Positions 18,458 through 25,931 of a stretch of DNA of 64,000 bases are shown here, one piece after another. A program made the translations under genes and the position numbers. The notes under the pieces were generated by a model. That model saw only the letters and a list, made by a program, of their open reading frames with translations, was not told the origin of the DNA and made no database searches. Location of the stretch: the IMG/VR virus record IMGVR_UViG_3300044655_000343, positions 870 to 64,869 of that record; one strand, 5' to 3'. The stretch's first letter is position 1; each line of letters opens with the position of its first letter. Source of the DNA: a virus (Duplodnaviria > Caudoviricetes).

Positions 18458-19438
18458 TTATACGAGGGTGAGTGCAAACTTCATAACATCCAGAGTAGTC
18501 TCTTGATTCTTACCAAGGAGATTACTAAAGGCTGATGATTCAAACGATGGCTTACGACCACGAGCAGGGATACGATGCTGCAGTTCCTTGGTTACTGCAT
18601 TAGCAGCAAGCCAAAGGTTAGCACTACATCCATTTAACTCAGCCCGTTCAGCATCAAAGGTATCAGCCCACTTGCGGATAGTTACAGTAGCGCGGAGATA
18701 GTTCTCATAGTCATCGGGTAGTGTTGGATTAGCCACAACTGGCTCTTCAACCATACCCCATACATCCAACCAGAACTTCTGGATCTCTGACTTAGTAAGT
18801 TCCTTACGAACAAGAGTTTGTACCTTATCTTCAAAGAGTTTACCGGACATAGCGTAGAACTTAAGAGCTGATGCCATAGCCTCACGCTTCTTCTTCATGT
18901 CACCTGAGTGTACAATACGGAAGGACTTCTTACCACCTGCCATAGCCATGCTCAGTGTATTCTGACACACGATACGAACAGTAGTAGGTAGTGCTTGCTC
19001 AGCAAGAGTACCATCATGACTGTTGATGAGTGCCATATACTGTGCGATAGGATCATGTCCATTGACACCATCCATTTCACCTGTCTTACACAAGACAACC
19101 AAACGCTTGCCACCATTCATGCTTAGAGCAGACTCAATCTTAATGTCAGCACCAAGATTATACGCCATCTCAAAGACTTCACTATTCTGTACGATCTGAT
19201 AGTCAGGGGATTGAATAGACAAGATAGCATTGTTATCACTACGAACAATAGCATTGTAGTCATCAGACGTAGCATCACCTGCGGTTACTGGACCGACCTT
19301 ACTAACAGTCCAATCAAGACCAGCAATCTTCATTGCCTCAGTAGGTGACATATCTTCCTGAATAACCAAGCCAAGTCCATGCCATGCGGCAGTCTTACTA
19401 TAGACTGCACCATCAGTATCTGTAATGTTATGTGCCAT
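18458..19438 (-). CDS. DUF932 domain (phage/plasmid-like) protein
   Basis: Motifs MAHNI, AWHGLG, AGLDWTV, YQIVQN, NSHDGT, VRIVCQNTL. Confidence 0.9.
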   Translation of the reverse strand: MAHNITDTDGAVYSKTAAWHGLGLVIQEDMSPTEAMKIAGLDWTVSKVGPVTAGDATSDDYNAIVRSDNNAILSIQSPDYQIVQNSEVFEMAYNLGADIKIESALSMNGGKRLVVLCKTGEMDGVNGHDPIAQYMALINSHDGTLAEQALPTTVRIVCQNTLSMAMAGGKKSFRIVHSGDMKKKREAMASALKFYAMSGKLFEDKVQTLVRKELTKSEIQKFWLDVWGMVEEPVVANPTLPDDYENYLRATVTIRKWADTFDAERAELNGCSANLWLAANAVTKELQHRIPARGRKPSFESSAFSNLLGKNQETTLDVMKFALTLV

Positions 19439-19492
19439 TAGTTTCCTTTAGTGTTCTCTTCATCACGGTCTTGTGTATCAAGATGCCGTATC

Positions 19493-19795
19493 TTAGTCCG
19501 CTTGTACGGAGGTAACTTCTTCTTTGGCTTGATTTCTTTCTTCTGCCATTTGCTTTTGTCTGGATTCATAAGCTCGTTTGCAATCCCATTGCATCATCCA
19601 TAGTGATTCAATATCCTTAATACTAATACGCTGGTTCATTGAGTTAACTTCTCCATGTCTCACATTGAGAATGGATAACACAACATCATACACCGATTCG
19701 CTATCATTGAAACGAGATGGTTCAATAAGCATAAGTTGTAGCACAGTATAATTATCTTGGTCAATTGTTAATGTCTTAGTGAATGTCTCACTCAT
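19493..19795 (-). CDS. Hypothetical early protein
   Basis: 100-aa ORF, ATGA-coupled. Confidence 0.6.
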   Translation of the reverse strand: MSETFTKTLTIDQDNYTVLQLMLIEPSRFNDSESVYDVVLSILNVRHGEVNSMNQRISIKDIESLWMMQWDCKRAYESRQKQMAEERNQAKEEVTSVQAD

Positions 19796-20061
19796 ATCTT
19801 TACCTTCTTAATGGATTTAATACAGCCAATCGGTATGCAATTAACATCCGATACAATAGAATTAACCTCATCCCAAGTAGCAGCAACAGTAATGTACTCT
19901 TGATTACACTCATAGAGTTTAGCAATAGTCACACATTGGTGGGGGTGCATATCATAGATGTCTTTAACATCCATCCATGAGTCAGCATACCCAGAGATAT
20001 CTTCCCATTCGATAATAACAATTGCGTTAATCAGTTTCTCTAACTCAGCATCAAACACCAT
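19792..20061 (-). CDS. Conserved-type small phage protein (W.D...W...P..C...IP.GCI)
   Basis: 89 aa, beta-rich pattern common in uncharacterised phage proteins; AAGGA RBS. Confidence 0.65.
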   Translation of the reverse strand: MVFDAELEKLINAIVIIEWEDISGYADSWMDVKDIYDMHPHQCVTIAKLYECNQEYITVAATWDEVNSIVSDVNCIPIGCIKSIKKVKI

Positions 20062-20079
20062 GATAGTATCCTTTCTTAG

Positions 20080-20151
20080 TGGGACAGAAGAGACTTGAAC
20101 TCTTAACCAATCGGTTAAAAGCCGACTGCTCTACCATTGAGCTACAATCCC
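20080..20151 (-). tRNA. tRNA-Lys(UUU)
   Basis: Minus strand GGGATTG TA GCTC AATGGTA GAGC A GTCGG CTTTTAA CCGAT TGGTT AAGAG TTCAAGT CTCTT CTGTCCC A folds as a cloverleaf; no encoded CCA. Confidence 0.92.
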
Positions 20152-20156
20152 TATAG

Positions 20157-20229
20157 TAGCACGGGTGGGAGTCGAACCCACACTACACAGATTTTAAGTC
20201 TGTAGACTCTGCCATTGGTCTACCGTGCC
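20157..20229 (-). tRNA. tRNA-Leu(UAA), short variable arm
   Basis: GGCACGG...ACAGA CTTAAAA TCTGT GTAGT GTGGG TTCGACT CCCAC CCGTGCT A. Confidence 0.88.
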
Positions 20230-20287
20230 ATAGGTAGGATACATAGCATGATAGGGTCAAAGCCTATTGTATATGCACCTACCAAAG

Positions 20288-20361
20288 CGTCCCTGACTGG
20301 ACTCGAACCAGTAACCTATCGGGTAGAAACCGATGCCTCTATCCAATTGAGATACAAGGAC
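20288..20361 (-). tRNA. tRNA-Arg(UCU)
   Basis: GTCCTTG...D-loop AATTGGATA (A20)...ATCGG TTTCTAC CCGAT AGGTT ACTGG TTCGAGT CCAGT CAGGGAC G. Confidence 0.9.
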
Positions 20362-20367
20362 AGTTGT

Positions 20368-20802
20368 TTAAAGTTCATCAACATGTTCAGTAATAACATC
20401 CGCAAGTGCAGCGAATGACATACCATGATCATTCAGTTCTGCCAAAGAGTCTTGTCCATGTGACTCACTATCAATGAATCGTCCAAGATTATCGCTCATA
20501 CCTGCCCACTCACGAACACGCAATGGTAACACAAGACTATCATTATCATAGACAGTAATAGAGTCATCACCTATACTCAACATCTGAAAGTGTTGAGGGA
20601 AGTCGATACTCTTACGAGTAACAACCTTAACATCTAATTCATCAGGGTTCTGTTGCATATACAGATCACACAGTACACCAAGGCAGCAGTACATACATGC
20701 TCCATTAATATCTGTGGCATGTAGTTTACCTTGCCCTTGCTGATAAGTACCAGACTTAAGCGCATCAACCCATTGCTTAGCAATTTCAATCTTCATTGTC
20801 AT
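20368..20802 (-). CDS. Conserved-type early phage protein (W..AL.SG.Y.QG...CCLGV.C...LND)
   Basis: Motif pattern common in uncharacterised phage early proteins. Start placed at MTMKIE, which has a GAGG RBS. Confidence 0.75.
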   Translation of the reverse strand: MTMKIEIAKQWVDALKSGTYQQGQGKLHATDINGACMYCCLGVLCDLYMQQNPDELDVKVVTRKSIDFPQHFQMLSIGDDSITVYDNDSLVLPLRVREWAGMSDNLGRFIDSESHGQDSLAELNDHGMSFAALADVITEHVDEL

Positions 20803-21064
20803 CTTCCTCGTAGTTAGGATCAATAGAGAGAACACGCTTCATCTCATTAATATATTCATAACCCGCAGTAATCATTGCACCTTCAAGATGGTCTTCTCTG
20901 AACCGAGCATACCCATCAGTCTCCTTGTAATGCTTAGGATCCAATGTCATTTCTTCAGGTGTCCACATAGCAACAGCATACCCTTGCTTACGAATCCAAG
21001 AGTATGCTTGGTATACATTCTCTTCAATACTTTCATCCTTATTGTACACAAAGACATCAGTCAT
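20786..21064 (-). CDS. Hypothetical early protein (paralogue B)
   Basis: Start at MTDVFV with an AAGGA RBS; similar to the adjacent 21057-21281 ORF. Confidence 0.7.
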   Translation of the reverse strand: MTDVFVYNKDESIEENVYQAYSWIRKQGYAVAMWTPEEMTLDPKHYKETDGYARFREDHLEGAMITAGYEYINEMKRVLSIDPNYEEDDNED

Positions 21065-21281
21065 TATAGTATCCTTCCTTAATCCATTCGATGTAGTTAA
21101 GACCAGCGGCTTGCATCTCAAGTTCGATTGTTTCTGTATTAATCTTATCCTGTTTAGGTTCAACTTCTAAATCATCAGGCGTAAGCATAGTAACAGCAAA
21201 CCCATGAAGATGGAGCCAATCATACATACGATCAGCAGTCTCATAGATAGTTTCATTAGCATCTAAGTCAGGTAAGATCAT
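21057..21281 (-). CDS. Hypothetical early protein (paralogue A)
   Basis: 74 aa, AAGGA RBS; similar to 20786-21064. Confidence 0.7.
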   Translation of the reverse strand: MILPDLDANETIYETADRMYDWLHLHGFAVTMLTPDDLEVEPKQDKINTETIELEMQAAGLNYIEWIKEGYYND

Positions 21282-21294
21282 AAGGTTCCTTTAA

Positions 21295-21370
21295 TAGAAG
21301 GGGCGGGAGTTGCACCCACATACTCACACTTATAAGGTGTGCGCTATAACTACGTTTCAGCCACCCTTCT
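21295..21370 (-). tRNA. tRNA-Ile(UAU), non-canonical D/T loops
   Basis: AGAAGGG TG GCTG AAACGTAGTTA TAGC G CACAC CTTATAA GTGTG AGTAT GTGGG TGCAACT CCCGC CCCTTCT A. All four stems pair, and it fills an intergenic gap. Confidence 0.8.
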
Positions 21371-21374
21371 CTGT

Positions 21375-21590
21375 TTACTTCTTCTTCTTAGAGGGGACTG
21401 TCTTATTATCCATACGCATACCACTCAGTTGGTTGTCCAATAGGGTACACCACTTAACCAACGCATCACATCGTTCATTTACTTCATGCATTCGGGTATC
21501 ATAGAACCTACGATCAAACATACTGCTAATGATAGTAATAATAACATGAGTAATAAACGCAAACATAAGAATCAATAGCGGGATTTCCAT
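21375..21590 (-). CDS. Small membrane protein (N-terminal TM helix)
   Basis: Hydrophobic residues 3-23 followed by a short coiled coil. Confidence 0.65.
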   Translation of the reverse strand: MEIPLLILMFAFITHVIITIISSMFDRRFYDTRMHEVNERCDALVKWCTLLDNQLSGMRMDNKTVPSKKKK

Positions 21591-21802
21591 TAGTCTTCTT
21601 CTCCATTAATATCAGGTAGTTCTTCAGTCCAATCATAAGTTGGTGGGATATACCAATCTTCAGGGATCATGCCACTAACATATGATTTAAAATTAGCATG
21701 CATATTCTTAGTCCATGCATCAAACTTATCAGCGGGGATTTCACCAACATCAATACCCTTCTCAGTAAGAAGAGTAATCATATATGCGGTGATGATATCC
21801 AT
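21590..21802 (-). CDS. Hypothetical early protein
   Basis: 70 aa, TAATG coupling. Confidence 0.65.
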   Translation of the reverse strand: MDIITAYMITLLTEKGIDVGEIPADKFDAWTKNMHANFKSYVSGMIPEDWYIPPTYDWTEELPDINGEED

Positions 21803-22020
21803 TAGTCAATGCTCACAGAGAATGACATGTCAGAGATCTGATCTTCAACACACTCAGTAACCTTCTCACTAACAGCATCCTTGATAAGGTACTGACAGTC
21901 CTTACTATCCAAGTAAGAAGTAACAGCATGCTCACAGATAAGGTTAATCTTATTAGTCAGTTCCTTAGTAACCAAGTCAACAAGGTTCTTAACAGCAGTA
22001 TCAATATTAGTATCGCTCAT
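21802..22020 (-). CDS. Hypothetical early protein
   Basis: 72 aa, coupled stop/start. Confidence 0.65.
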   Translation of the reverse strand: MSDTNIDTAVKNLVDLVTKELTNKINLICEHAVTSYLDSKDCQYLIKDAVSEKVTECVEDQISDMSFSVSID

Positions 22021-22235
22021 GATTGTGTCTCCAATAGGTGGTCTAGTTGATCAATAAACAATTCTTCATCTTCAGTAAGCCAGAACTTATTATCTGTCAT
22101 AGTATCAAAGTCATTCAACATCTTCATTGCATCATCTCTCTTCTTAGGATCTTCGATCCAAAGGAAGAAGACATCAGCAACCTCACCAATAAACTTAATG
22201 TTATCAGAGATGATTGTACTACTAGAGGGTGACAT
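22017..22235 (-). CDS. Hypothetical early protein (acidic)
   Basis: 72 aa, coupled. Confidence 0.65.
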   Translation of the reverse strand: MSPSSSTIISDNIKFIGEVADVFFLWIEDPKKRDDAMKMLNDFDTMTDNKFWLTEDEELFIDQLDHLLETQS

Positions 22236-22498
22236 TAGTCTGCTCCTGATGGTAAGGTGTCATAGGTATCCTCTTCACCACGGTAAGGTGTAAGAGGGTT
22301 AAAGTTTAATTCTTCAATAACATTATCTAACAACCCTTTGATTGTATCATAGTCAACTATAGTAGGGTAGAAGTCTTTGATATCTACAGTACCCATCTCC
22401 CATTCTCCATCCTCAATAGTCCACTCAATGCTAAAGTCTACATCAATGTTACCATAGTCTTCAGTATAGATATTCATAGTGTGATTATTAATTCTCAT
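22235..22498 (-). CDS. Hypothetical early protein (very acidic)
   Basis: 87 aa, D/E-rich, AAGGA RBS, first gene after promoter copy 3. Confidence 0.65.
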   Translation of the reverse strand: MRINNHTMNIYTEDYGNIDVDFSIEWTIEDGEWEMGTVDIKDFYPTIVDYDTIKGLLDNVIEELNFNPLTPYRGEEDTYDTLPSGAD

Positions 22499-22721
22499 CC
22501 AAGGTTCCTTTCTTCGTACTTATAGTAGCCCCAACTATTCGGCAGGTTGCCGATAGTGCAAGGCTTTGTGTTTCCCCGGCGCACACCGGATACCATCTAG
22601 GATTGTTGTAGGTTAGTACGAATCCCACCCATATGATCTCGTTTCCCATCGGCAATCTCTTTACCATAATTTGTATACCACCATCCGTATGATAGGGCAT
22701 CTGTCTTGTCTCTGAATCCAT
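22488..22721 (-). CDS. Hypothetical early protein (start uncertain)
   Basis: ORF-track call; overlaps 22597-22797, so the true start is probably downstream. Confidence 0.45.
   Translation of the reverse strand: MDSETRQMPYHTDGGIQIMVKRLPMGNEIIWVGFVLTYNNPRWYPVCAGETQSLALSATCRIVGATISTKKGTLDEN
22526..22538 (-). promoter_or_regulatory. Putative phage RNAP promoter motif ATAGTTGGGGCTA (copy 3)
   Basis: Exact copy of the 13-mer, continuing CTATAAG; lies upstream of the tRNA region. Confidence 0.6.
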
Positions 22722-22797
22722 TCACATATACTCCATCAATGGTGACATTATACCACATCTCACCCTGATACAGGGCTTTGATTACTTCATACTTCAT
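22597..22797 (-). CDS. Hypothetical early protein
   Basis: Start placed at MKYEVIK. Confidence 0.5.
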   Translation of the reverse strand: MKYEVIKALYQGEMWYNVTIDGVYVNGFRDKTDALSYGWWYTNYGKEIADGKRDHMGGIRTNLQQS

Positions 22798-22933
22798 CGT
22801 CAGTTGCTTCATCAATATAGTATGAGAAGGGGAAGTCTTGCATAGCATCAGTGATTAACATCAATGCATTGTCTGCCTGTTGACTGTTAACATCAAGAAC
22901 TTCTGGGATCTCTACAATCATATAGACTTTCAT
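22787..22933 (-). CDS. Hypothetical 48-aa acidic early protein
   Basis: MKVYMIVEIPEVLDV...DEATDDEV; ATGA-coupled; fills the gap. Confidence 0.5.
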   Translation of the reverse strand: MKVYMIVEIPEVLDVNSQQADNALMLITDAMQDFPFSYYIDEATDDEV

Positions 22934-23151
22934 GTGTTCACCATAGGGTAAGAGTATAGTTCAATATCAGCACCTGCATACGTTAACCCAAGCGTAATAG
23001 CATAACGCTTAGCGTCATGTAAACTATCAAAGATAATCTTTACTTGTCCATTCATCCGCACCCCATAGCATGGGCTAGTAGTCTGCTTAGTTACTTTCTT
23101 CTTCAAGGTTTTCATACTTGTCTCCAAAGATAATAGCAATGATCTGAACAT
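22930..23151 (-). CDS. Hypothetical early protein
   Basis: ORF-track call; probable start at MKTLKKK. Confidence 0.5.
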   Translation of the reverse strand: MFRSLLLSLETSMKTLKKKVTKQTTSPCYGVRMNGQVKIIFDSLHDAKRYAITLGLTYAGADIELYSYPMVNT

Positions 23152-23296
23152 CCTTATAGAGGTAACGCAACCCCTTACTTACTTGTTTAGTAGACTCAGC
23201 CAATACAAAGTGTGAGCATTCAATATAGATCTCATCCTCTCCTTTAATGGATGGGTTATATATAACAACAACATTATACGGGGCTAACTCTTGCAT
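23087..23296 (-). CDS. Hypothetical early protein
   Basis: 69 aa with a GGAG RBS. Confidence 0.6.
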   Translation of the reverse strand: MQELAPYNVVVIYNPSIKGEDEIYIECSHFVLAESTKQVSKGLRYLYKDVQIIAIIFGDKYENLEEESN

Positions 23297-23475
23297 TAGT
23301 CTTCTTCTCCAGTGGACTCAAAGATAACAGAACGAAGATGATCCTTACGCTTACTATAGATGTAACCAATAGAGATGATGACATCAAGTTTATCTACTGC
23401 CCATAAGGACATAGATTCTTTCTGTAACATTTCATCTTTGTCATCGTATATGATCATGACTTGCCATAGTGTCAT
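23296..23475 (-). CDS. Hypothetical 59-aa early protein
   Basis: MTLWQVMIIYDDKDE...STGEED; AAGGA RBS, TAATG coupling. Confidence 0.55.
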   Translation of the reverse strand: MTLWQVMIIYDDKDEMLQKESMSLWAVDKLDVIISIGYIYSKRKDHLRSVIFESTGEED

Positions 23476-23573
23476 TGTGTGTCCTTGTTAATCTTATCGT
23501 TCTCTTCAACACAGTATAGTAGGCATGCTACAATGAGCACACCAATCATACCACCGATAAAGGGTAGGATCAT
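23472..23573 (-). CDS. 33-aa single-TM peptide
   Basis: MILPLIGGMIGVLIVACLLYCVEENDKINKDTQ; GAGG RBS, ATGA coupling. Confidence 0.5.
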   Translation of the reverse strand: MILPFIGGMIGVLIVACLLYCVEENDKINKDTQ

Positions 23574-23575
23574 AG

Positions 23576-23812
23576 TCATACCTCTACCTCAGTCCACTTA
23601 CTAATGCCACGAAGTTCATTGATAGTCTTCTTAAGACACTCAATCTGTACTGCTTGTTCATGAGTAGTAGCCTCGTAGAACCGAAGGGTATTAGTAAACC
23701 CCATGTTACCCGTCTTAAGGATAGCATTAGCAGTCTCTAGTCGAGCATTAGCCTCAATTAATTCTTCAATCATATCAGACAACTCAGCCAACTTAATCTT
23801 AATGTCTTGCAT
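23576..23812 (-). CDS. Hypothetical coiled-coil early protein
   Basis: 78 aa with an AGGAG RBS. Confidence 0.65.
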   Translation of the reverse strand: MQDIKIKLAELSDMIEELIEANARLETANAILKTGNMGFTNTLRFYEATTHEQAVQIECLKKTINELRGISKWTEVEV

Positions 23813-23837
23813 AGTATTCTCCTAGAAAGAAAGTAAG

Positions 23838-24104
23838 TCAGACGTAGTGAAGGACTTCAGTAATGTCCAACACATATACATGCATACACGCACCCTTGTC
23901 ATGACAGATACTTATCCATTGCTTGGCTGATACCTGCCGCATTTCAATACTTACACTATCCCTAGCCCATCCGGGCAAAGACTCAGATACCATATCTGCT
24001 AGGCGTTCTTCCTTAACATCTACCATATCCGTGAACACACCTAGTGGGCGTGTAATCTTATCCGCTACATTAACATCCAAACTACGCGAGGTTACTACGA
24101 TCAT
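23838..24104 (-). CDS. Hypothetical early protein
   Basis: Start at MIVVTS with an AAGGAG RBS. Confidence 0.6.
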   Translation of the reverse strand: MIVVTSRSLDVNVADKITRPLGVFTDMVDVKEERLADMVSESLPGWARDSVSIEMRQVSAKQWISICHDKGACMHVYVLDITEVLHYV

Positions 24105-24114
24105 AGTGTCTCCT

Positions 24115-24264
24115 TTAGATTGACCACGACACGAAACGCCCAGACTCTGCAGAGACAACCTCAAGATCATCAATGCAGAGGTGAGTACTCTTCTGAATAT
24201 ACTCTACACATTGAGTATATGTTCCCGTCTTAACAGTTGTTCCTTTGTATTCTACATGAAACAT
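24115..24264 (-). CDS. Hypothetical 49-aa early protein
   Basis: MFHVEYKGTTVKTG...; AAGGAGG RBS. Confidence 0.55.
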   Translation of the reverse strand: MFHVEYKGTTVKTGTYTQCVEYIQKSTHLCIDDLEVVSAESGRFVSWSI

Positions 24265-24431
24265 TATGCTGCCTCCTTATAAAGGCGATCCATATTCCGA
24301 ATGTCTCTACGCACTAACTCTACACTACGCCATTGACGCATACCATCAGCCCAAGTAACATAGTAGTAACCATCAGTAGGATCACCAACAACCTTATAAG
24401 TCATTGGACTTGAGGTATCCTTAATATTCAT
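24264..24431 (-). CDS. Hypothetical 55-aa early protein
   Basis: MNIKDTSSPMTYKVVG...YKEAA; AAGGAG RBS, TAATG coupling. Confidence 0.55.
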   Translation of the reverse strand: MNIKDTSSPMTYKVVGDPTDGYYYVTWADGMRQWRSVELVRRDIRNMDRLYKEAA

Positions 24432-24441
24432 GTCATACTCC

Positions 24442-24735
24442 TTAGATGTTAATCAGTGCTTCAGCCGGGACATCAGCCTTAACCCACTTAACCTTTACCT
24501 TGTCATACCCTACTGGCGTTGACTTATCCTTGGCACACCACAAGGACATGGTAGCACACTCCGGAGGGCATACCCGGATACCATACTTTGCCTTGAGGGC
24601 ATCAGCACACACAGCATACTTCTTGCCCGTAACTTTGGCAAGGTAACCCGCAGCGAGTGCAGCATCCTGCATAGTGCAGGAGGCAATCGCACGCTTAATG
24701 TAATCCGTAAGTACCGCGTGTTGGTAAGCCTTCAT
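24442..24735 (-). CDS. Hypothetical early protein
   Basis: 97 aa with an AAGGAG RBS; second early gene. Confidence 0.7.
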   Translation of the reverse strand: MKAYQHAVLTDYIKRAIASCTMQDAALAAGYLAKVTGKKYAVCADALKAKYGIRVCPPECATMSLWCAKDKSTPVGYDKVKVKWVKADVPAEALINI

Positions 24736-24761
24736 AGTGTTCTCCTTAAAGTTTGAGCGAA

Positions 24762-24803
24762 TAGACGGTAGAGCATACCCTTGCAGGTATACCCTACCGT
24801 CTA
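24762..24803. other. Long imperfect hairpin (RNase III-site-like) between the first two early genes
   Basis: Perfect 10-bp outer stem tagacggtag...ctaccgtcta plus an inner stem. Confidence 0.6.
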
Positions 24804-24832
24804 CTCCCTTGCGGAAGTAGCGGGTGTGATAC

Positions 24833-25279
24833 TTAGATCACGATACTGTTGAGGGTATCAGCCATGATATCCGTACGAACCTTGGCGACATACCCGGCAG
24901 TCTCAGACTCGAACTTCAGATTCGGGAACTTATAACTCAGATATTCCATAGCCCATTGAGTAAACTGCTTGGCAGTCTCCGAGGTTTCATCCTGCCGACC
25001 ACGCCACCGGAAGTCTGCAGCGGGGATACCTGCCTTGCCCAAGAGTACCGACAGCATACTGTACTTGGTGCTGCAGTTCGGAGGCATAATATACGCTACC
25101 GATTCAATCAGCGTAGGCATGATACGCTGCGAGACTTTACCCTTGTCGGTAAAGACAATGATATCCTTCAGGTTACCATTAATCAGCGTACTACTACCAT
25201 CCAATGCCTCTTGGAAAGCACCTGCGAGGTTACATGCATGAGCGCAACGGTGAAACAAATCGTAGTTCATAGTTTCCAT
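24833..25279 (-). CDS. First early gene, hypothetical protein
   Basis: 148 aa with a GGAG RBS; first ORF after the non-coding end region. Confidence 0.75.
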   Translation of the reverse strand: METMNYDLFHRCAHACNLAGAFQEALDGSSTLINGNLKDIIVFTDKGKVSQRIMPTLIESVAYIMPPNCSTKYSMLSVLLGKAGIPAADFRWRGRQDETSETAKQFTQWAMEYLSYKFPNLKFESETAGYVAKVRTDIMADTLNSIVI

Positions 25280-25321
25280 GTTATTATTCTCCGTAAAGGT
25301 TGAATCCGCGTACCACTGTGG

Positions 25322-25400
25322 TATCGGCTAGACGCACACTCCGGAGAGTGTACCCTAGCCGATATCCCATGCATTCTCGAAAGAACGCAGGGGATATCGG
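25322..25400. other. Two overlapping long hairpins in the early leader
   Basis: tatcggctag...ctagccgata (25322-25364) and ccgatatccc...gggatatcgg (25359-25400). Confidence 0.55.
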
Positions 25401-25843
25401 ACATTAGTAAATTGTTGCATAATAGCCGCGTAACTTGCCAAAGTTACCGACCGGGTTGCGGTTGTTGAGAACCCGCACCACTTATGCTACCCGTGATTGT
25501 TCATCGGGCATTCGATTCCGTGAGAATGACGAAACACGAACGATGGGGCACACTCATTCGCGGTTCGTTCTCAGTGGGCTTGGGCTTCAGGGTACGGCAG
25601 TCAGGGTTTATCTGACGTAAGGATTGGCGTTACTAGTCGAGTGTTTGGATATCCACTTGGAGGCAGACCACTGCATGGGCTACTCTCGACCGTCTCTCAC
25701 TCCCCTACCGTACGCTTAACGCGCACACTTTGGAAGCCGTTCTCGTGATGGAGCGAACGGTAACCCACTTAAGATTTCACAGCATCAATCGCTGATACTT
25801 AACAACGGTTCAGCCGGGAAAATCCGCAACCACAAGCCGCAAA

Positions 25844-25931
25844 GTCCGATAACTTATTGGGGCTGATATAGGTTATCGGACGTTGCCCTGCAGCGGTTAT
25901 CGGACGTGCCGACCCCCTCAGGTTATCGGAC
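25844..25931. repeat. GGTTATCGGAC x3 direct repeats plus one inverted copy
   Basis: Direct copies at 25871, 25895 and 25921; inverted gtccgataac at 25844-25853. Confidence 0.85.

Noticed and set aside
20288-20361. Amber suppressor tRNA (CTA visible in the anticodon loop) implying a recoded genome
   Set aside because: The 7-nt loop TTTCTAC centres on TCT (Arg), and A20 and G73 fit Arg. Genes are intact in the standard code, and TAG ends the giant gene.
25400-25800. Host sigma70 early promoters
   Set aside because: I could not find a -35/-10 pair with convincing sequence and spacing by eye.
25844-25931. Mini CRISPR array
   Set aside because: Repeats are only 11 bp with 13-15 bp spacers, far below CRISPR dimensions, and there are no cas genes.
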